From Candidatus Eiseniibacteriota bacterium (GTDB lineage: Bacteria > Eisenbacteria > RBG-16-71-46 > CAIMUX01 > VGJL01), in the NCBI GenBank assembly GCA_963792585.1, contig CAWBWI010000001.1:1024001-1088000 (forward strand): 64,000 bases of DNA, in the 5' to 3' direction. Positions 38,923 to 49,376 of this stretch are shown one piece after another. Position numbers and translations under genes: made by a program. Each line of letters begins with the position of its first letter. The stretch's first letter is position 1. Below the pieces are notes generated by a model that saw only the letters and a list, made by a program, of their open reading frames with translations, searched no databases and had not been told where the DNA came from.

Positions 38923-39552
38923 CTACTTCCCGTAGCGGCTCGTCTTGATCTCCTTCTTGATCTTCTTCTGGCCGATCCAGACCTTCTGGTTCGATTCGAT
39001 GTCGAGCAACGTCAGATCGGTCTGGTAGAAGACGACCTTCGTGCCGCCCTCCTTGTCCTCGATCGACTGGACGGTGCCCGAGAGCATGTAGTCCGCGCCG
39101 CGTTCCCGTCCCAGCTTCTTCACGGTCTCCTCCGAGGCATTCTCCCACTGGTCGGCCTTCTCGGCACGCAGGTCGAGGCGCTCCGTGGCGGTCGCCACGA
39201 CCTCGACCTTGCCCGAGTTGACGAGAGCTCGCTCGATGTCGGCAACGAACGTTCCCGCGGGGATGTGCTCGAGGCTCTGGTTGCGCACGCTCCCGACGAT
39301 GACGATGGGTTTCTTGCCCTCATGGGTCGCGTGTTCCGTGATCCAGGGTGCGTTCAGGCAATCCGTGATCATCGCCTCGGAGACCTCGCGGGAGTCGGTG
39401 TCGTTCCAGCGCCCCGAAAGGTCGGTCGTGGTGTCGGTAGCGACCCGTGTGACCTGTTTGCTCGAACCGCAACCAAAGGTCGCCGTGAGAATTAGGGCAA
39501 GCGACCCGGCTACGAGGAAGCCGTGTAGGCGGGTGCGGCAGATCTCCATCAT
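38923..39552 (-). CDS. lpoB: penicillin-binding protein activator LpoB-like lipoprotein
   Basis: Lipobox TFGC, DLSGRWNDTDS, GADYMLSG, VFYQTDL, KVWIGQKKIKK. Confidence 0.8.
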   Translation of the reverse strand: MMEICRTRLHGFLVAGSLALILTATFGCGSSKQVTRVATDTTTDLSGRWNDTDSREVSEAMITDCLNAPWITEHATHEGKKPIVIVGSVRNQSLEHIPAGTFVADIERALVNSGKVEVVATATERLDLRAEKADQWENASEETVKKLGRERGADYMLSGTVQSIEDKEGGTKVVFYQTDLTLLDIESNQKVWIGQKKIKKEIKTSRYGK

Positions 39553-39851
39553 CGGTCTCCTTTCAAAGCCCCCAGGCCGGTGGGGCGATCGTCCGGTGTC
39601 TAGGGTTGCCGGCTGACGGCAAAATCCCTGCTGCTAGGGCCTAGACCCCAATTAGATAAGGAGTTGACTCTCTGGGTGCAACACAATAGACTGCCAACGG
39701 CTCGGGGAGGCGGCCGCTGTTGCGGCCGAACGATAGGGATTATCACAACCAAGGGCATTCCTTCCCGGGTGAATCATAGGTCGACCCGTGCGGGTATTTC
39801 GTACCATGCCCGGCGACGGTCGTCCAGGTGGACTCAGGGAGGGAGACATCC

Positions 39852-40859
39852 ATGACCCAGGTCTCTGTGATCATCCCCACGTTCAACCGAAGGGAATGTC
39901 TCGTCGACACTGTTCGCTCTGCCCTGAACCAGACCTTCTCCGAGTTCGACGTCGTCATCGTGGACGACGGTAGCACGGACGAAAGCGCGGTCGCGATTCT
40001 GCGCGAATTCGGACCCGATCCGGAGAGGGCGGAGGTACTCTGGAGGCAACACTCCTCCACAACGGCCGGAACCTGTGGCTTCAACTTCTGGACCTCGGAT
40101 ATCGCCCTTCAGTACATCTACCAGGCCAATCGCGGCATGGGCGCAGCCCGCAATCGCGGTCTGCAGGCGTCCCACGGGGAGAACGTCGCCTTCCTCGAGC
40201 CGGAATACCTCTGGGAGACGGATCACCTGCAGCGGCACATGGAGTTCTTCGAGAAGAGCCCCGAATCGTGGATCGCTCACGGACGCTTGGTTGTCGGCAA
40301 ATCGCACTCCCGCAGCGCCAAGAAGCGGGCGCGCTCGGTGGGAGCGATGGGTTTCGAGGAAGTCGTCGCCGGGAACGATCTGGCCGCTTCGGCGATCGTC
40401 TGCCGGCGCCGGTGTCTCGAGCTGCATGGCGGCTTCGATGAAAACCTGCCGTCGTGCGAGGATTACGACCTGTGGATCCGCATCGCCGCGCACGTGCCGA
40501 TCTGTCTGGTCTCCGACTCCATCGTGCACGTCAAGAAGACGAGCCCGCCGCCCTCGTGGAGCCTCGATCGGTACCGCGTGTATGCACTCGAAAAGGCATT
40601 CCAGAGTGGGCACTTGACCTCGGATCAGAGACATCGGGTGGCGGAAGAGATGGTCCGGAGGTGCGATAGCCTGGTCGAAGGCTACCGCCAGCGAAACAAC
40701 ACCGAACGGGCCAACTTTTACGATCGCAAGAAGAAGAAGTTCGAGATGGAAGTTGCCAAACTCGACCGCAGCACCACCGCAGCCCAGAGTCGCGGTGGAC
40801 GCGTTCCCTCGGGCATGCGCGCGGACGAGGAGTTCCTTTCGCCGACCTTGGAGATGTAG
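39852..40859 (+). CDS. glycosyltransferase family 2-like protein
   Basis: VSVIIPTFNR, IVDDGSTD, ARNRGL, GGFDE, EDYDLW; the DxD position reads EPE. Confidence 0.85.
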   Translation: MTQVSVIIPTFNRRECLVDTVRSALNQTFSEFDVVIVDDGSTDESAVAILREFGPDPERAEVLWRQHSSTTAGTCGFNFWTSDIALQYIYQANRGMGAARNRGLQASHGENVAFLEPEYLWETDHLQRHMEFFEKSPESWIAHGRLVVGKSHSRSAKKRARSVGAMGFEEVVAGNDLAASAIVCRRRCLELHGGFDENLPSCEDYDLWIRIAAHVPICLVSDSIVHVKKTSPPPSWSLDRYRVYALEKAFQSGHLTSDQRHRVAEEMVRRCDSLVEGYRQRNNTERANFYDRKKKKFEMEVAKLDRSTTAAQSRGGRVPSGMRADEEFLSPTLEM

Positions 40860-40912
40860 GGGGGGTCCGCCCTCCGCGGCCTCAGGTCGCCGGGGCGGAA
40901 CGAGCGAGAAGG

Positions 40913-41567
40913 ATGGAGTCGAAGCCCCCGAACAGAGATAGGCTCGCGCAACAGATCGACGGACTCGCGGCGCGTTTCGGCGCACCGGTCCGAGAGTTGA
41001 TCCATATCCCCCAAGTCAACCGAAGCGTTGGTCCGGCAGGCTTCCCGCTCTCGAGCCGCCGAACCGCAGAGGTGGTGCTCATCATCCCCCGGCCCGATCG
41101 GAAGGTCCTCGTCCACACCAAGAGCTTCTACCCCTCCGGGGTCTGGCGACTTCCTACAGGTGGCCTTCATCGGGGGGAACGCATCGACGACGCCATCCGA
41201 CGGGAGGCCAGGGAAGAGACCGGGAATGAGCTTCTCCCCTTTCGCTTCCTCTTCCACTTGCGATTCCGGTGGGAGGGGGCTGCGAAGCAATTCGACAGCT
41301 ACGGATTCCTGACGACGGAGGCATCGGAACGGATCGAGAGCCGAGATCCGCGCGAGCAGATCACCGCATTCCACGACGCAGGCCGGGAGGAATTCGACCT
41401 CGATCACGCGTACCCTGGAAGGGATGATGGGGTCATGGTTTTCGTGGGGGCGCTTTCGAGCCGCCCCCCACCGATTGCTTCTCCAACTCTGGTCCAGGAC
41501 GGGCGGGCCGGGAGATCTCGCCCTCGACAGCGGCGAGACCCCGGATTCCCCTATGCCTTCCCCATGA
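40913..41567 (+). CDS. NUDIX hydrolase (probable frameshift near 41400)
   Basis: Nudix box [22 protein letters not shown]. An alternative frame after ~41402 reads [23 protein letters not shown] and stops at 41567. Confidence 0.8.
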
Positions 41568-42696
41568 CGGCATTCGAGACGATGTAGCGCTGGATCTGGC
41601 TCGTTCCCTCGTAGATCTGGAAGACCTTCGCGTCCCGCATCAGCTTCTCGACCGGGTATTCCCGGTTGTAGCCGTATCCACCGAAGATCTGGACGGCGTC
41701 CGTCGTCACCCGCATCGCCGTGTCGGCCGCCATCATCTTCGCGGTCGCGGCCTCCAAGGTGTTTCGCTCGCCGCGATCGATCTTCCATGCCGCCTTCCAG
41801 ACGAGCATGCGCGCCGCCTCGATGTCCCTGACCATCTCGGCGATCATGAACCCGATCGACTGGTGGCGGGCGATCGGAACGCCGAACGCATGGCGCTCCT
41901 TCGCATAGCGGATCGCGTGCTCCATCGCGCAACGCGCCACGCCGACGGCGGCGGCGGCCACCGGAGGGCGTGTATGGTCGAATGCGCTCATCGCGAGGAA
42001 GAAACCGCGTCCTTCACCGCCGATTCGGTTGGACTCGGGCACGACGACGTCGTGGAAGGTGATCCCGCGCGTGTCGCTCGCACGCTGGCCGAGGTTCTGC
42101 TCCTTCTTCCCGACCTCGATCCCAGGCGTGTCCCGCGGCACGACGAACGCGCTCATCCCGCGCGCTCCCCTCTTGGGATCGGTGAGGACGAGAACGAAGT
42201 ACCAATCGGCCACCCCGCCGTTGGTGATCCACATCTTGCTCCCGTTGATCACGTACTCGTTGCCCACCTTGCGCGCCGTGGTCTTGATCCCGGCCACATC
42301 GGAGCCGGCGTCCGGCTCGGTGACGCAGTAGGCGGCGAGCTTGAATTCGTTGACCATCATGCCGAGCCACTTCTTCTTCTGGTCGTCGGTTCCCCCGACG
42401 ATGACGGGCGCCTCGGCGAGGGTGTTCGCCTCGAGCGCCGTCCCGATTCCGGAGCAGGCCGCGGCCATTTCCTCCGCGATCAGGCAACCGTCGACGACGG
42501 ACAGCCCGAGCCCGCCGTATTCGGCTGGGATGTGGGTGTTCATCAACCCGGTCTCCCAAGCCTTCTTGCAGATCTCCCACGGGAACTCCCCCGTCTCGTC
42601 GTGGTGGGCCGCCTTGGGCGCGATCTCGCGGGTGGCGAATTCCCGGGCGAGCTTTTGAAACGCGAGCTGGTCTTCCGACAGTTCGAAGTCGATCAT
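41551..42696 (-). CDS. acyl-CoA dehydrogenase
   Basis: [44 protein letters not shown]. Confidence 0.96.
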   Translation of the reverse strand: MIDFELSEDQLAFQKLAREFATREIAPKAAHHDETGEFPWEICKKAWETGLMNTHIPAEYGGLGLSVVDGCLIAEEMAAACSGIGTALEANTLAEAPVIVGGTDDQKKKWLGMMVNEFKLAAYCVTEPDAGSDVAGIKTTARKVGNEYVINGSKMWITNGGVADWYFVLVLTDPKRGARGMSAFVVPRDTPGIEVGKKEQNLGQRASDTRGITFHDVVVPESNRIGGEGRGFFLAMSAFDHTRPPVAAAAVGVARCAMEHAIRYAKERHAFGVPIARHQSIGFMIAEMVRDIEAARMLVWKAAWKIDRGERNTLEAATAKMMAADTAMRVTTDAVQIFGGYGYNREYPVEKLMRDAKVFQIYEGTSQIQRYIVSNAVMGKA

Positions 42697-42803
42697 CCCT
42701 TCCTCCCCGCGGCGACGCCGCACCGCTGCAGTCTATGAAGCCGGTCGGGCCGCAGCAAGCCGTCGCCTGCGCCATGCTAGACTGACCGGCAGGGAAAGAC
42801 CTC

Positions 42804-43535
42804 ATGAAACAGTCGGGAAAGACGGCCCTGATCACCGGCGCGGCGCGACGGGTCGGACGGACGATCGCCCTTCGCCTTGCCGCAGAGGGGATGGTCGTGG
42901 CCGTGCATGCGAACAGCTCGTCCCGGGCTGCGGAGATGCTGGTTGCGGAGATCCGCTCCGCCGGCGGAGCCGCGCGCGCGTACGACTTCGATCTCGCAGG
43001 GTCCGAGCAGGCGGAGGCGCTCGCACGCGCGGTGCTGGCGGACTATCCCCAGGTCGATCTGCTCGTCAACAACGCCTCCACATGGCCAAGAACACCGATT
43101 GCATCCCTGACCCCCGAGGAGTTCGACCGCACTCTCGCCGTGAACCTCCGGTCCCCCTTTCTGCTCGCGCTCGCCCTCGGACGGGAAATGAAACGGAGCG
43201 GATCGGGGCTGATCGTCAACATGCTCGATTGGTCGATCGATCGGCCCTACCCTGACTACGTCCCGTATGGAATCGCGAAGGCCGGCTTGTGGGCCGCGAC
43301 CCGGGGCCTCGCGCGCGCGCTCGCTCCCGAGGTGCGCGTCAACGGCGTAGCGCCGGGGACGGTCCTCCTGCCTCAAGGGATCGACGAAGGTCGCGCCGAG
43401 GCGATTCGACGGGCGATCCCGATGGGGCGGGTAGGAGACCCCGATGACATCGCCGATGCGATCGTCTATCTGCTCGGTGCGGAATACGCGACGGGAACGA
43501 TCCTCACGGTCGACGGAGGTCGATCGCTTCGCTAG
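42804..43535 (+). CDS. SDR oxidoreductase, pteridine reductase / FolM-like
   Basis: TGAARRVG, NNAS, YGIAK, VNGVAPG, VDGG. Confidence 0.88.
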   Translation: MKQSGKTALITGAARRVGRTIALRLAAEGMVVAVHANSSSRAAEMLVAEIRSAGGAARAYDFDLAGSEQAEALARAVLADYPQVDLLVNNASTWPRTPIASLTPEEFDRTLAVNLRSPFLLALALGREMKRSGSGLIVNMLDWSIDRPYPDYVPYGIAKAGLWAATRGLARALAPEVRVNGVAPGTVLLPQGIDEGRAEAIRRAIPMGRVGDPDDIADAIVYLLGAEYATGTILTVDGGRSLR

Positions 43536-45342
43536 CGGGAGCCCAGCGGGGACGCGCCGCGCTCATCCGGGAAAGCCACGCCCGCCGCGTGGTCGCATCG
43601 AGTGGTAGGAGGGTCGGCCTGGACGGATCGCCCGCGATTCCGAGGTCGAGACTTCCCTTACCGCCGATCAGTCTCAGGAGGCGCCCAACCTGACCATCCC
43701 CTCGGGCCACGACGCGAAAGAGCCCCAAGATGGAGTCTTCCGAAGCGTAACCCAGGCTTCCCGCGATCGTGAGTTCCTTGGCGTCGATCGTGAGCGAATC
43801 GGCCCAGATCTTCCCGGAGTCCCAGAGCCAGCGTGCGCGTGCGTGGTCGATTCGCAGGGAGCTGCGGGAACGGCTTCCGACAAGACTCGAGACATCTTCC
43901 AGCAAGGGCAGATCCGCAACCCGGCCTCCGGAGAGGACCGAGCCTCCGGTCGCACGCCACCCATACGGGGATTTCCAGACCAAGGCTTCGGTCGCCATGG
44001 GACCCGCCCAGGTGCCCGGGAGGGAGACGCGGAAGAGCGGCAGGATTCGCTCGATCGACACCTTGGCGAGTCGAATCCGAAACGGGGACTCGACCCTGCC
44101 CGTTCCTCCCAGCAGGGAAAGGGCGCCCTCGTCGATCAGCAGTTCCCCGCGGAAGCGACCCTCGGTTTTCGGGGCGGCGAGATTGGCGGTGAACTCCAGC
44201 GGACCGACATCCTCATCACCGAATCGAACCGAGGGCGCGAAGATCGTCCACCGATCCGCAGCGCGCCTCAACGCCCCGCGGACTCGAAACGGCCGACCGT
44301 CTACAGATCCCGCGAGGGCGCACCAACCCGTCCCCTCGGTCCGGGTGATCGGCATGGCCAGGCTACCGGTGATCCGGGTGGAGTCCCGCTCCAGACTGAA
44401 GTCCTCGAAGCTCAGAGTGTCCCCGCCCACGCAGACCGTGCCGTCCACGGTCCAGGCCGGACCGACACCGATCGAGAGGCGTCCGTCGCGCACATGGGCC
44501 TCGCCGTCGAGACCCGCCCGTTCGCCGCGCTCCACCCAGACGTCGACCTCTCCCTCGAACGCGAGCGAGGACCGATACGGATCCAGCGGAGGGAGCGCGA
44601 GAAGGAGGCGTCCATCGTCTCGGGCCGATGCCCTCCACGTCCATGGACCTCCCACGGGACGGCGTGCTGCAAGGTCGAGTCGGTGCCGGGAATCGGAGGA
44701 GAAGTCCGCCTGGACTTCTGCGGCGCCCACGCGTCCGGTTCCTCGGGCGCCGAAATCCACCCCTCGACCATCGGTCAACACGATCCGCGCCTCGCACTCC
44801 CATGCCGCGCGGCGCGGCGCCCAAGCCCGGCCGACGATTCGATCGACGCGGTAGTTCCCTCTCCGGAACCCCACATCCAGCAACTTGAACCGCATCGAAT
44901 TGCGATCCGCGGGCAGAGGCTTCGCGGGTTCGAGGGTATCCGCCAGCCCCTCGAGGATGGCGCGGCACCACGGCTCGGTCACGGGATCGGCCTCGATGCG
45001 CAGCCCCTCCGCGGAGATTGCCGTGATCTGCACCCCCCCGCGCACGAGGCGCAAAGGTCGCACCGCGATGTCGAGCTTGCGGCACTCGACCGACAGGGAA
45101 TCCGAGGCCATCCACTGGACATCCGACCAGGAGAGGGTCGGAGGCACTCCGAGGTGAAAGGTCGGTCCGGATCCCCGCGGGGCGCGCCCGGGCAGACCCG
45201 CTTCCTGCCAATGGGAAAGCCAGCGCGCCCCCGCGCGCGGCAGCGCCCACTGCGAGAGCAGGAGTCCTCCCGCGGCGAGCACAATCGCGGCGATCCCGAG
45301 GACCGTGAGCCATCGCGCGACCCGTGGCGAGGGCGCGGACAC
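43504..45342 (-). CDS. AsmA-like membrane-anchored periplasmic protein
   Basis: N-terminal TM helix, long beta-rich body, C-terminal IAGDPSRP resembling AsmA C-termini. Confidence 0.55.
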   Translation of the reverse strand: MSAPSPRVARWLTVLGIAAIVLAAGGLLLSQWALPRAGARWLSHWQEAGLPGRAPRGSGPTFHLGVPPTLSWSDVQWMASDSLSVECRKLDIAVRPLRLVRGGVQITAISAEGLRIEADPVTEPWCRAILEGLADTLEPAKPLPADRNSMRFKLLDVGFRRGNYRVDRIVGRAWAPRRAAWECEARIVLTDGRGVDFGARGTGRVGAAEVQADFSSDSRHRLDLAARRPVGGPWTWRASARDDGRLLLALPPLDPYRSSLAFEGEVDVWVERGERAGLDGEAHVRDGRLSIGVGPAWTVDGTVCVGGDTLSFEDFSLERDSTRITGSLAMPITRTEGTGWCALAGSVDGRPFRVRGALRRAADRWTIFAPSVRFGDEDVGPLEFTANLAAPKTEGRFRGELLIDEGALSLLGGTGRVESPFRIRLAKVSIERILPLFRVSLPGTWAGPMATEALVWKSPYGWRATGGSVLSGGRVADLPLLEDVSSLVGSRSRSSLRIDHARARWLWDSGKIWADSLTIDAKELTIAGSLGYASEDSILGLFRVVARGDGQVGRLLRLIGGKGSLDLGIAGDPSRPTLLPLDATTRRAWLSRMSAARPRWAPASEAIDLRRP

Positions 45343-45696
45343 TTAGCCTCCGACCACTGGGGGTGGTTTGGTGCCTTGCGGCTCGACGGGATCCGCCCTG
45401 CGGGCGAGGAGCCAATAGACGTTCCCATCCCCGACCGTCTGGAAGGAATAGGGAACGCCGGAGGGCACGTGCAGGCGGGCGCCTGCGCCCAGTTCGACGA
45501 GAGTCTCGTTGCTTCGCACCTCAACGACTCCATGAATGACGAGGATCAGGACTTCCGCGTCGAAAGCCTGATCCGAGAGGCGCGCACCCGGGGGCGTCAC
45601 ACAGCGATCGACCGTGTACCCTTGTTCCCGAAGGTCCGCTTCCGCGCGCTCGAGGTGTCGTCGCAAGGACGAAAGCGCGTCGGAATCGCCAATCAC
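45343..45696 (-). CDS. cupin domain protein
   Basis: GTG overlaps the upstream stop (GTGA); LVIHGVVEV...LGAGARLHVPSGVPY cupin motifs. Confidence 0.7.
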   Translation of the reverse strand: MIGDSDALSSLRRHLERAEADLREQGYTVDRCVTPPGARLSDQAFDAEVLILVIHGVVEVRSNETLVELGAGARLHVPSGVPYSFQTVGDGNVYWLLARRADPVEPQGTKPPPVVGG

Positions 45697-46832
45697 CGGC
45701 TCGCCGTTTGGAGGGTCCGCGTCAGCCAAGTGGGCTCGGTCCAGAGGCCGACGATCGTCACGGGGGTCCCTACGTTCAGCTTCGAGAAGATCCGATCGAG
45801 GTGGTCGTTCCGGAGGCTGATGCATCCGAACGTCCAGTCCTGCCCCTTGCCCCCCTCGCCGTGGATTTCGATCAGCCCGCCGATGCGCGCGCTGCGCGAC
45901 ATCATTCCACTCGAGGTGAGGCGGTTGAAACGCCGGCGGTCCTCGTCGTTCGGATAGTTGATGAGGCAGGCCTTGTGGTACCGCGATTGGCCGTTCCCCA
46001 TCTTGCGGACGATGCGGTAGCGTCCTTCGGGCGTCGCGGAGTCGCCGGAACGAATCTTCTGGTCGAGCCACCCGGGACCGAATTCCGCCGGATAGTTCTC
46101 CACACTCTCACCGCCGCGGACGATGTGCACGCGGTGGTTGAGCTTGTCGACGACCACGGCCACGTCTCCCGTGCGCCGGGACCACTCGAGCGTCTCCCGG
46201 AGATCCACGTTCCATTCAGGACGACGCTCGAGGAATCGCTGCAGCAGATCGCGCACGTTCTGCAAAGCCAGGTTCATCTCCCCGCGCGCGATCCCCATCG
46301 CCTCGAGGGCTTCGGCGCTCTCTCTGCCGTTCAACTTGGCTTCCGCGGCGCGCACACGCGCTTCCGCGGTGAAGACATGACGGAGCGCGACGTGGTAGCG
46401 ACCCGGTAGGCGCAGAAGGAGGTCCCGAATTTCCGCGGCCTCCGCCCGAATCTGAAGGATCGAATCGTCGATCTTCGCTTGGCGGTCCGCCGCTTCCTTG
46501 CGCGCCTCCTCCATTGTCTTCGCAGTGAGATTCTGAGCATCGACGATCAGACGACGCGTCTTGCCGTAGTCCCGCAAGAATGCCGGACGACCGAACTGGA
46601 CCATCATCGCGGACCGCGCTTCGCGAAGTTTGTCCTTCGCGGCCTGATATGTCCTTGGGGCGTCGTAGTCGGCCTTCGCCTCCCGGGCAAGATTCAAATA
46701 CCGCTCCCCGGCCAGGAGATTGGCGGTGGGTGCCTCCTCTCGCTGGACGGCAAAGAGAACGACGAGGCAGACCGCCACTAGGGCGATCGCCCCCCCGATC
46801 CAGCCACCACGATTTCGCTTCGGTCGACGCAT
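45693..46832 (-). CDS. L,D-transpeptidase (YkuD) family protein with helical/coiled-coil stalk
   Basis: TM anchor, helical repeats, GDSATPEGRY, INYPN, IEIHGEGG...WTFGCISL. Confidence 0.9.
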   Translation of the reverse strand: MRRPKRNRGGWIGGAIALVAVCLVVLFAVQREEAPTANLLAGERYLNLAREAKADYDAPRTYQAAKDKLREARSAMMVQFGRPAFLRDYGKTRRLIVDAQNLTAKTMEEARKEAADRQAKIDDSILQIRAEAAEIRDLLLRLPGRYHVALRHVFTAEARVRAAEAKLNGRESAEALEAMGIARGEMNLALQNVRDLLQRFLERRPEWNVDLRETLEWSRRTGDVAVVVDKLNHRVHIVRGGESVENYPAEFGPGWLDQKIRSGDSATPEGRYRIVRKMGNGQSRYHKACLINYPNDEDRRRFNRLTSSGMMSRSARIGGLIEIHGEGGKGQDWTFGCISLRNDHLDRIFSKLNVGTPVTIVGLWTEPTWLTRTLQTASR

Positions 46833-46883
46833 CTAAAAACGAACCCCCGTTCTCTGGATCCCTCTTGCCGCTTACAGGAGCGG

Positions 46884-46912
46884 AACATACGGCCCTGATC
46901 CAGGCCCGTCAA
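46884..46912 (-). promoter_or_regulatory. sigma70-type promoter of the L,D-transpeptidase operon
   Basis: Minus strand TTGACG-N17-TATGTT. Confidence 0.6.
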
Positions 46913-47321
46913 GTGTACCAAGGTCCCAGGGCCGATTCAGGTTCCCTTAGAATTCTCGACCATTGGGTCGCTCAAGAAAAGGACTTCTCTCCTCCGCGGT
47001 CCGAGGGGCGCTCTCGAGACACGAAATCGCGCCGACCGCCTCATATTGCGGGTGGCCCTCTCCGGTCGATCTTCCCGGGCAATCTGCCGGAGCGCCCGGC
47101 ATCCGATACCGACAGGAGGCTGGATTTGGCTCCCGATCCGCATCCCGTTTGCCGAAAGAAGCGTTGGGATCATCGGTGTCAGCAGTCCCGACGAGAGAAC
47201 CGCGCGACCGCACGTCGGGGCTTGTCCTCGTTCGTCGAAGCGGTTCGGGACGGCGAGACACCGACCAAGTGCCGGCTTGCGATTGCAGCGCTCCCACGTT
47301 CATAAGGAGGAAATCGGCGCG

Positions 47322-47762
47322 ATGATGTCGAATGCGGACTATCGGATCCTTGTCGCGGAAGACGACCCGACCAACCAGTATGTGTTTCGGGCGATCCTCA
47401 GGAGCGCCGGGTACGAGCCCGTTATCGTGGAGAACGGTCTGCAGGCGCTCGAACGGGCGCGCATCGAGACTCCTCACTTGTTCCTCCTCGATATGATGAT
47501 GCCCGTGATGGACGGCTATGAAACCGCCTGGCGCATCGTTCAGGATCCGATCTTCGACGGAGTGCCGATCGTCGCCCTGACGGCCCGCGCAATGCAGGGG
47601 GACGCCGACCGGACCCTCCAGGCGGGATGCGACGACTACCTTGCGAAGCCGATCCGAAGGCAAGAGTTCCTCGACAAGGTCGCCGCCTGGCTGACCAAGT
47701 CCCAGGAGAGTTGGATGCCGCGCCGCCTGGCGATGCGCGTCCCCAACGAGAGAATCGCGTAG
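47322..47762 (+). CDS. single-domain response regulator (CheY/DivK-like)
   Basis: AAGGAGG RBS; ILVAEDD, LLDMMMPVMDG, ALTA, YLAKP. Confidence 0.92.
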   Translation: MMSNADYRILVAEDDPTNQYVFRAILRSAGYEPVIVENGLQALERARIETPHLFLLDMMMPVMDGYETAWRIVQDPIFDGVPIVALTARAMQGDADRTLQAGCDDYLAKPIRRQEFLDKVAAWLTKSQESWMPRRLAMRVPNERIA

Positions 47763-47941
47763 TCTGTCTCAGGCGATTTCCGGCGCAATGCGGGGGTGGG
47801 GCGTTTCTCCCCACCCTCTCTCGGCACTCTTCCCCCTTTTGCAGCTTGCCATGGAACCTCGAAGCGCGACAGAATCACGGGCGTTGGCATTGGGACCCGG
47901 TCCCCAGACCGGGAGGGGTGTGTTTTTCATAGGAGGGGAAA

Positions 47942-49286
47942 GTGCCGAACTCGGTTTCGTCCTTCATGGAGTACGTCAAATCCAAGAACCCCGGAGAAAA
48001 AGAGTTCCACCAGGCAGTCCACGAGGTCGTCGAGTCGATCTGGCCGTTCCTCGAGCAGCACCCGCACTATCTCGAGGCCAAGATCATGGAGCGGATCGTC
48101 GAGCCCGAGCGGATCATCATGTTCCGCGTCCCGTGGCTGGATGACAAGGGCGCCGTCCAGGTCAACAAGGGCTATCGCGTCGAGTTCAACAGCGCCATCG
48201 GTCCCTACAAGGGCGGCCTTCGCTTCCACCCGACCGTCAACCTCGGCATCCTGAAGTTCCTGGGCTTCGAGCAGGTCTTCAAGAACAGCCTCACCACGCT
48301 GCCCGATGGGCGGCGGCAAGGGTGGATCCGACTTCGATCCGAAGGGAAAGTCGGACAACGAGGTCATGCGTTTCTGCCAGAGCTTCATGACCGAGCTGCA
48401 GCGCCACATCGGCGCCAACACCGACGTCCCCGCCGGCGACATCGGCGTCGGCGGCCGTGAGATCGGCTTCATGTTCGGGCAGTACAAGCGGCTCCGCAAC
48501 GAGTTCACCGGCGTGCTCACCGGCAAGGGGCTCAACTGGGGCGGCAGCCTCATTCGTCCCGAAGCCACCGGCTACGGCACGGTCTACTTCGCCCAGGAGC
48601 AGCTGGCGAACGCGCGGCGAATCGTTCAAGGGCAAGATCGTCGCGGTCTCCGGCTCGGGCAACGTGGCGCAGTACGCGGTCGAGAAGGTCAACGAGCTCG
48701 GCGGCAAGTGCGTCACGCTCTCCGACTCCAACGGCACGATCCACGACCCGAAGCGGGATCGACGCCGAGAAGCTCGCGTACGTCATGCGAGCTGAAGAAC
48801 GTCAAGCGCGGCCGGATCCAGGAGTACGCGACGAAGTACAAGTGCGAGTACCTCGAAGGCAAGCGTCCGTGGGGCGTCAAGTGCGACGTCGCCCTGCCCT
48901 GCGCGACCCAGAACGAGGTCAGCGGCGACGACGCCGCGACGCTCGTGAAGAACGGCTGCATCTGCGTCGCCGAGGGCGCGAACATGCCGACCGAGCCGGC
49001 CGGCATCGAGGTCTTCCTCAAGGCCAAGATCCTCTACGGCCCGGGCAAGGCCGCCAACGCCGGCGGCGTCGCCACCTCCGGCCTCGAGATGTCGCAGAAC
49101 TCCCTGCGCCTCTCCTGGACGCGCGAGGAGGTCGACCAGCGCCTGCACGGGATCATGAAGAGCATCCACGCGACCTGCGTGAAGTACGGCAAGCAGCCGG
49201 ACGGCTACATCAACTACGTCACCGGCGCGAACATCGGCGGCTTCATCAAGGTGGCCGACTCGATGCTCGACCAGGGCGTCGTCTAG
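47942..49286 (+). CDS. gdhA: NADP-specific glutamate dehydrogenase (several frameshifts)
   Basis: [68 protein letters not shown] spread over three frames; shifts near 48303, 48610, 48750 and 48788. Confidence 0.95.
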
Positions 49287-49317
49287 TCAAGATTCCGACC
49301 GATCGGAGTGCGCAAGA

Positions 49318-49345
49318 GCCCGGAACGCCTAACGGCGTTCCGGGC
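49318..49345. terminator. intrinsic terminator after gdhA
   Basis: GCCCGGAACGCC-taac-GGCGTTCCGGGC followed by CTCTTCTCT. Confidence 0.75.
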
Positions 49346-49376
49346 CTCTTCTCTGGCGGCATTCCTCGAGGTCGTG

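Noticed and set aside
46833..47321. ~490-bp intergenic region as an ncRNA or small ORF
   Set aside because: Holds divergent promoter space; no convincing structure or coding signal seen.
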